A DNA stretch of 7,229 bases from a virus. The notes under the pieces were generated by a model, which made no database searches, was not told where the DNA came from, and saw only the letters and a program-made list of their open reading frames with translations. The position numbers and the translations under genes are program-made. Where the stretch lies: IMG/VR virus record IMGVR_UViG_3300008251_000119; one strand, given 5' to 3'. How positions within the stretch are numbered: position 1 is the stretch's first letter; each line of letters opens with the position of its first letter. This document shows, piece after piece, positions 3,870 through 7,229 of this stretch.

Positions 3870-5648
3870 TTAAAATCTCCCTCTAAATAAAATTGATAGC
3901 GCAATAAATCCCGCTAAAGCAAAAACAATAGTGCCAATAGCCGGAAAGTATTCAGAGAACCTTGACCATGAAATATCATAACTTTGATTTTTAATTACAA
4001 GAGAATTACTCTTATAACCAGAAGAACTTGGGGAAAGTTGAAAAGCTAAAAGTAACTCTGATTTGTGATCGATAAGATTCTGCCTATACAGAGTTTTAGC
4101 ATTAGTAATTGCAGAATCTAAAGCTAATAGAGCGTTTTCATCAAAAAGACTGTTAAAAATAGAATTATCACGAACAACAAAAGAACCACTAACATTTTTA
4201 GCACTATTATCATTAATAGCATTAACAACCGCTTGCGTATCAACATTTTCACCATCAAGACCATTTAACCCTGCAATACCTTGAATTCCATCTAAACCAT
4301 TTGTACCATCACGGCCATCAACACCATTTGTACCATTTGTACCATTTATACCATCACGGCCATCTGCACCATCAGCACCTTTTTCACCATCTATACCCGC
4401 AATACCATCAGCACCTTTTTCACCATCTATACCCGCAATACCATCAGCACCTTTTTCACCATCTATACCCGCAATACCATCAGCACCTTTTTCACCATCT
4501 TTACCATCAATGCCTTTTCTATGAACAACTCTTGGGCCTTCAGGACAGTCCCAATAATCGATTCCTTTTAGTTCATCAACATGAGTAACAACACACTGCT
4601 TTTCTTTCCATTCTTGCCAAACTGAAAATAAATCTAAATCAGCATTCCCTCCACCCTCACAATTAATAGACCAGTGCAAAGTGCCATTATTAGACAATGA
4701 GCAGCTATCACCCTCAGCACCTTTCAAAGACAATTTTTCTGAATCCGTCAAATCAGAAAACCTTAACTTATCCCCTTTTAAACCTTGAATACCTTGAATA
4801 CCTTGGACACCTTGAGAACCCTGAGAACCATCTATACCCGCAATACCTTGGGAACCATCTATACCATTTGAACCATCACGACCATTAATTCCATTAATAC
4901 CATTTGAACCATTTGAACCATTTAAACCATCTATACCATTAGTACCATTTGTACCATCAATACCATTTGTACCATCAGCACCTTTTTCACCATTTGTACC
5001 ATCAGCACCTTTTTCACCATCTATACCATCAGCGCCTTTTTCACCATCTATACCATCAGCGCCTTTTTCACCATCTATACCATTAATACCATCAGCACCT
5101 TTTGCACCATTACTACCACGATAAAATGCCGTAGCCTCAGTTAGAGAACCAGATTGACCCGCACCAGAACCATCAGGAGGAGGTGGGGATTCGATAGATT
5201 GACAATCAAAACGCCAATTTAAAGGATCAGGAAATTCCCAATTAACAACGCGAGCAGAACCACAAGTTTCAAGCGAATAAGAAATACAAGAAGATTCACT
5301 ATTACATACTAAATTACATACAAAACTTGAACCGGAAGCATAACAATCATCGCCAACAGTAAAGGGCACACTCGTTATAATAGGGATAACAGACCCATTA
5401 TAATGATATAAAATAACAGGCACTTTTAATGATGTTCCTGATATGTAAGGATTACCATTAGTTTGATAACCATTGCGACCCCCTGCACACCTTTCTGATG
5501 AAGTGGCACCAGAGATCATAGATTCAGGAGTCGAATAAGCCCCTGAATTGATATAACACAATGTAGAATTGATAAACATTTCAGCGCGAGAATTAAAACT
5601 TAAAAACAAAAACGAAAATATAAAAACAAAATTAATATAATGCTTCAT
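3870..5648 (-). CDS. pIII-like adsorption/minor coat protein (592 aa) with two collagen-like Gly-X-Y domains
   Basis: It has a signal peptide (MKHYINFVFIFSFLFLSFNSRA/E) and a Cys-rich N-domain (8 Cys, aa ~24-150) ending in PPPPDGSGAG. Then come 39 GXY triplets (aa 178-294), a 4-Cys middle domain (aa 295-378) and 30 GXY triplets (aa 379-468). The C-terminal domain ends in a TM anchor plus basic tail (FPAIGTIVFALAGFIALSILFRGRF), like Ff pIII. The SD is GAGG, 8 nt upstream. Confidence 0.8.
   Translation of the reverse strand: MKHYINFVFIFSFLFLSFNSRAEMFINSTLCYINSGAYSTPESMISGATSSERCAGGRNGYQTNGNPYISGTSLKVPVILYHYNGSVIPIITSVPFTVGDDCYASGSSFVCNLVCNSESSCISYSLETCGSARVVNWEFPDPLNWRFDCQSIESPPPPDGSGAGQSGSLTEATAFYRGSNGAKGADGINGIDGEKGADGIDGEKGADGIDGEKGADGTNGEKGADGTNGIDGTNGTNGIDGLNGSNGSNGINGINGRDGSNGIDGSQGIAGIDGSQGSQGVQGIQGIQGLKGDKLRFSDLTDSEKLSLKGAEGDSCSLSNNGTLHWSINCEGGGNADLDLFSVWQEWKEKQCVVTHVDELKGIDYWDCPEGPRVVHRKGIDGKDGEKGADGIAGIDGEKGADGIAGIDGEKGADGIAGIDGEKGADGADGRDGINGTNGTNGVDGRDGTNGLDGIQGIAGLNGLDGENVDTQAVVNAINDNSAKNVSGSFVVRDNSIFNSLFDENALLALDSAITNAKTLYRQNLIDHKSELLLAFQLSPSSSGYKSNSLVIKNQSYDISWSRFSEYFPAIGTIVFALAGFIALSILFRGRF
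4368..4500. repeat. Perfect 36-bp tandem repeat, ~3.7 copies, in frame (12 codons, GEKGADGIAGID)
   Basis: The unit caccatctatacccgcaataccatcagcaccttttt occurs at 4385-4420, 4421-4456 and 4457-4492 with no mismatch, and partial copies flank these. Confidence 0.95.
4961..5103. repeat. 27-bp tandem repeat, ~5 copies (two identical, the others near-identical, the last with a 9-bp insertion), in frame (9 codons, GEKGADG-I/T-D/N)
   Basis: Units lie at 4961-4987, 4988-5014, 5015-5041, 5042-5068 and 5069-5103. Units 5015-5041 and 5042-5068 are identical (caccatctataccatcagcgccttttt). Confidence 0.9.
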
Positions 5649-5812
5649 CTTGAGAACCTCATTTTAAGCCAAACAAGACAATGTAATTTAATGAGTAAAT
5701 CTTGATATTCTTTAATATCAACTCTATTGGGAACTGACTGAAAACATAAAATAGCTTGTCTTATTTTTATAATTTCAATCTGAACATTTGTTAATAGTGA
5801 GCAAGTACGCAT
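5645..5812 (-). CDS. Hypothetical 55-aa protein in the coat-pIII gap (the track's 60-aa version starts at a TTG inside the terminator T-run)
   Basis: The ATG at 5812 is preceded by GGAG 9 nt upstream. Its stop overlaps the pIII start as ATGA (5648..5645). It is not hydrophobic and has no recognisable motif, so it could be a non-coding leader. Confidence 0.3.
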   Translation of the reverse strand: MRTCSLLTNVQIEIIKIRQAILCFQSVPNRVDIKEYQDLLIKLHCLVWLKMRFSR

Positions 5813-5825
5813 CAAAAAAAACTCC

Positions 5826-5851
5826 AAAAAAAAAGCGCCTGTTAAGACGCT
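5826..5851 (-). terminator. Rho-independent terminator downstream of the major coat gene
   Basis: The minus strand reads agcgtc-ttaaca-ggcgct (a 6-bp stem including one G-U pair) followed by nine T (plus-strand A-run 5826-5834). This is the position of the strong terminator after gene VIII in Ff phages. Confidence 0.7.
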
Positions 5852-5921
5852 CTAATACCAGATGTAAATCCCTCTACCATGCAATAGTAAAGGGCAACCG
5901 CAAATAAAACGGTTGTAACCA

Positions 5922-6137
5922 TTAGCGCTTAAACCAACCAAGCATGTGACCAACACCAAAACCAAGAATAGCGAGACCAATAACAGCAGTAATTACAGCC
6001 GTCACATTTACACCACCTTCTGTACTAGCTGCCGTGATTTCCGTAGTGTAATCAGCAGCAAAAGCAGAACCAGAAGCAACAACAGAAGAAGCAACAACAC
6101 CCGCAGCAGCTAATTTATTTTTTAAAATATTTTTCAT
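5922..6137 (-). CDS. pVIII-like major coat protein precursor (71 aa; predicted mature 44 aa)
   Basis: The signal peptide MKNILKNKLAAAGVVASSVVASGSAFA/AD has an A-x-A cleavage site. The mature part has an acidic N-terminus (D, E, E), a hydrophobic core (VTAVITAVIGLAILGFGVG) and a basic C-terminus (GWFKR). A strong SD (AAGGAAatgtcATG) precedes it and a terminator follows it. Confidence 0.9.
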   Translation of the reverse strand: MKNILKNKLAAAGVVASSVVASGSAFAADYTTEITAASTEGGVNVTAVITAVIGLAILGFGVGHMLGWFKR

Positions 6138-6155
6138 GACATTTCCTTTATATAT

Positions 6156-6410
6156 TTAATATTTACCAAGCCATCGAACCATTCGACCAGCATAGTGAGA
6201 AGTTAAGAAAGCTAAAATTAAAGCCCCCTCGATAATACCGAACACCTCATAATCAAAAGCAAACAATAGATTTAGAGTCTGTTCCATTTGTTGCAGTGAA
6301 CCCGATTGAAGATTTTCAAACTCTACTGGATTCAACAATACAAAATCTGTACATGTAGTTTCAGTAGTTGCCTTTAAAAAACCATCACCATCTAAAACCA
6401 CACATTTCAT
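6156..6410 (-). CDS. Small membrane protein, 84 aa, putative minor virion/assembly protein (pVII/pIX positional analog)
   Basis: It lies between the ssDNA-binding gene and the major coat gene. It has a C-terminal TM (FGIIEGALILAFLTSHYAG) followed by the basic RMVRWLGKY. The SD is AAGG, 6 nt upstream. Confidence 0.55.
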   Translation of the reverse strand: MKCVVLDGDGFLKATTETTCTDFVLLNPVEFENLQSGSLQQMEQTLNLLFAFDYEVFGIIEGALILAFLTSHYAGRMVRWLGKY

Positions 6411-6412
6411 AA

Positions 6413-6769
6413 CTAACCTTTATATTCTTGTAATGACTTTCTAAAATGTTCAGCCAACTTTGGATCAACTGGGATTATTTCAACAACTTCATTATCAAAA
6501 GTATCAACATTAAAATCGAATTTAAGCTCATACTCTTTATCTTTAACAAAAGCACCAGAACGACCAATTTTCTGAGCATAATCAACATTCATAACAATGG
6601 CATTTTTACCAAAAGGTACATCTGTAGTAGTACCCCAAGACTCACGCTTAAACTTTGGCGAATCAACATTTTCATATGGATATAAAACTTTCATTTCACA
6701 AACTTTCTTTTCTGGATTCTTTGATTCAGGAAAGCTAGTAACACCAAAACCCGCAATTATAATTCCCAT
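6413..6769 (-). CDS. Putative ssDNA-binding protein (gene V / RstB positional analog), 118 aa
   Basis: It lies immediately downstream of rep. The SD GGAG sits 6 nt upstream and overlaps the rep stop (GGAGTAAAAAATG). Its size suits a pV-like OB-fold protein, but I recognise no motif. Confidence 0.5.
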   Translation of the reverse strand: MGIIIAGFGVTSFPESKNPEKKVCEMKVLYPYENVDSPKFKRESWGTTTDVPFGKNAIVMNVDYAQKIGRSGAFVKDKEYELKFDFNVDTFDNEVVEIIPVDPKLAEHFRKSLQEYKG

Positions 6770-6772
6770 TTT

Positions 6773-7229
6773 TTACTCCAATACATGATCTATTAATTTT
6801 CGATAAGTGGGGGGTATACCCATCTTTCCGACTGTTTCTGTAACTTCATCAGGCAACAAATAACCTATAGCGGTTTCCATATCACCCCCCGAAAACTCCA
6901 ACAAATCAGCAAGCGCTTTACCCGCTGACCTCCTAAAATGTCTAACACGACTTATCAAATCTAAAGCCGCCTCTTGTGATTCAGACTTAAAACGAGTCAC
7001 AACACCTTTACAATCAGAAAGAGACTTTGAAAACTCATTCAAACCCGCAAAAACATCATCAACATTTAACAACGCATCTACTGACCACTTTTTCAATTCA
7101 ACTTCTGAGCGATACCAAGACAAAGAATCATCATCAATATTTTGCTCTAATTTCTTGTTATAAATACGCCAATAAATTTGGCTTGTTCTTTTTCCAACTC
7201 TCAACATTTCTTGAGAATAAATATGATTA
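6773..7229 (-). CDS. Same replication initiator gene, C-terminal part (stop TAA at 6775..6773); 7107-7229 duplicates 1-123
   Basis: The frame stays open from 7229 down to 6773. The track's start at 7207 (MLRVGKR...) is an internal Met with no convincing SD (tcaagaaATG). The region contains YWRIYNK, a candidate catalytic-Tyr block. Confidence 0.8.
   Translation of the reverse strand, partial: NHIYSQEMLRVGKRTSQIYWRIYNKKLEQNIDDDSLSWYRSEVELKKWSVDALLNVDDVFAGLNEFSKSLSDCKGVVTRFKSESQEAALDLISRVRHFRRSAGKALADLLEFSGGDMETAIGYLLPDEVTETVGKMGIPPTYRKLIDHVLE
7107..7229. repeat. Direct terminal repeat copy 2 (circular assembly overlap)
   Basis: Identical to 1-123. It lies inside the rep reading frame, so it duplicates coding sequence rather than being a biological repeat. 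Confidence 0.97.

Larger units (their letters stand above)
1..7106 (-). mobile_element. Complete circular filamentous-phage (Inoviridae-like) genome, unit length 7,106 bp; the coding (virion-sense) strand is the window minus strand
   Basis: An exact 123-bp direct terminal repeat closes the circle. The replication, structural and assembly modules follow inovirus order with tight, SD-linked gene junctions. It has a pVIII-like coat protein and a Zot/pI ATPase, and its size is typical of small inoviruses. Confidence 0.85.

Noticed and set aside
4301-4888. Plus-strand His/Tyr/Leu-rich repeat ORFs 4301..4588 (MYHHGHQHHLYHLYH...) and 4697..4888
   Set aside because: They are antisense read-through of the collagen-like GXY codon repeats (ACC ATC AGC ... 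on the plus strand). Their periodicity is inherited from the minus-strand gene and there are no translation signals.
4368-5103. Tandem repeat arrays as a possible CRISPR array or non-coding satellite
   Set aside because: The units are directly adjacent with no unique spacers. Unit lengths are multiples of 3, and the arrays sit in frame inside a long ORF encoding Gly-X-Y triplets.
5813-5827. TTG start of the 60-aa track ORF
   Set aside because: The TTG lies within the T-run of the coat-gene terminator and has no SD. If the frame is translated at all, ATG 5812 (GGAG 9 nt upstream) is the plausible start.
6446-6788. Plus-strand ORFs 6446..6685 and 6597..6788
   Set aside because: They are antisense to the well-supported 118-aa gene (strong SD, operon context). 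Their products are Ile/Phe/Asn-rich, as expected from AT-rich noise.
6773-7207. The 144-aa ORF as an independent gene, or as a gene X-like internal in-frame product of rep
   Set aside because: The frame stays open upstream through the circular junction to ATG 842, so this is the C-terminus of the 391-aa Rep. The internal Met at 7207 lacks a convincing SD, so a pX-like product is possible by analogy with Ff but unsupported by the sequence.
1-7229. tRNA, rRNA, integrase, transposase or toxin-antitoxin genes
   Set aside because: I recognised no cloverleaf-like or rRNA-like sequence, and known inovirus modules account for all ORFs over 60 aa. I could not run a tRNA or Rfam scan, so small RNAs in 1360-2095 are not formally excluded.

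Overview
The window is a complete, circularly permuted genome of a small filamentous (Inoviridae-type) phage or its replicative form. Bases 1-123 recur exactly at 7107-7229, so the true unit is a 7,106-bp circle. Almost all genes lie on the minus strand in classic inovirus order: 64-aa ORF, Rep_trans/RstA-like rolling-circle initiator, putative ssDNA-binding protein, small membrane/minor-coat ORF, pVIII-like major coat protein, terminator, pIII-like adsorption protein, pVI-like protein, Zot/pI assembly ATPase, and a 43-aa membrane ORF. The initiator spans the window junction, and its first 247 codons (842..1) are missing from the ORF track. A 62-aa plus-strand ORF is transcribed divergently across an AT-rich control region that carries repeats. 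I saw no pIV secretin, integrase, tRNA, rRNA or CRISPR. Two things stand out. First, the two inter-domain linkers of the pIII-like protein are 39 and 30 uninterrupted collagen-like Gly-X-Y triplets, partly encoded by perfect in-frame tandem DNA repeats. Second, the ~700-bp non-coding region holds an inverted pair of dif-like (XerC/XerD-type) modules flanking a hairpin cluster, reminiscent of the folded ssDNA attP of CTXphi. The host is unknown; low GC and a Gram-negative-style gene set are all I can say.
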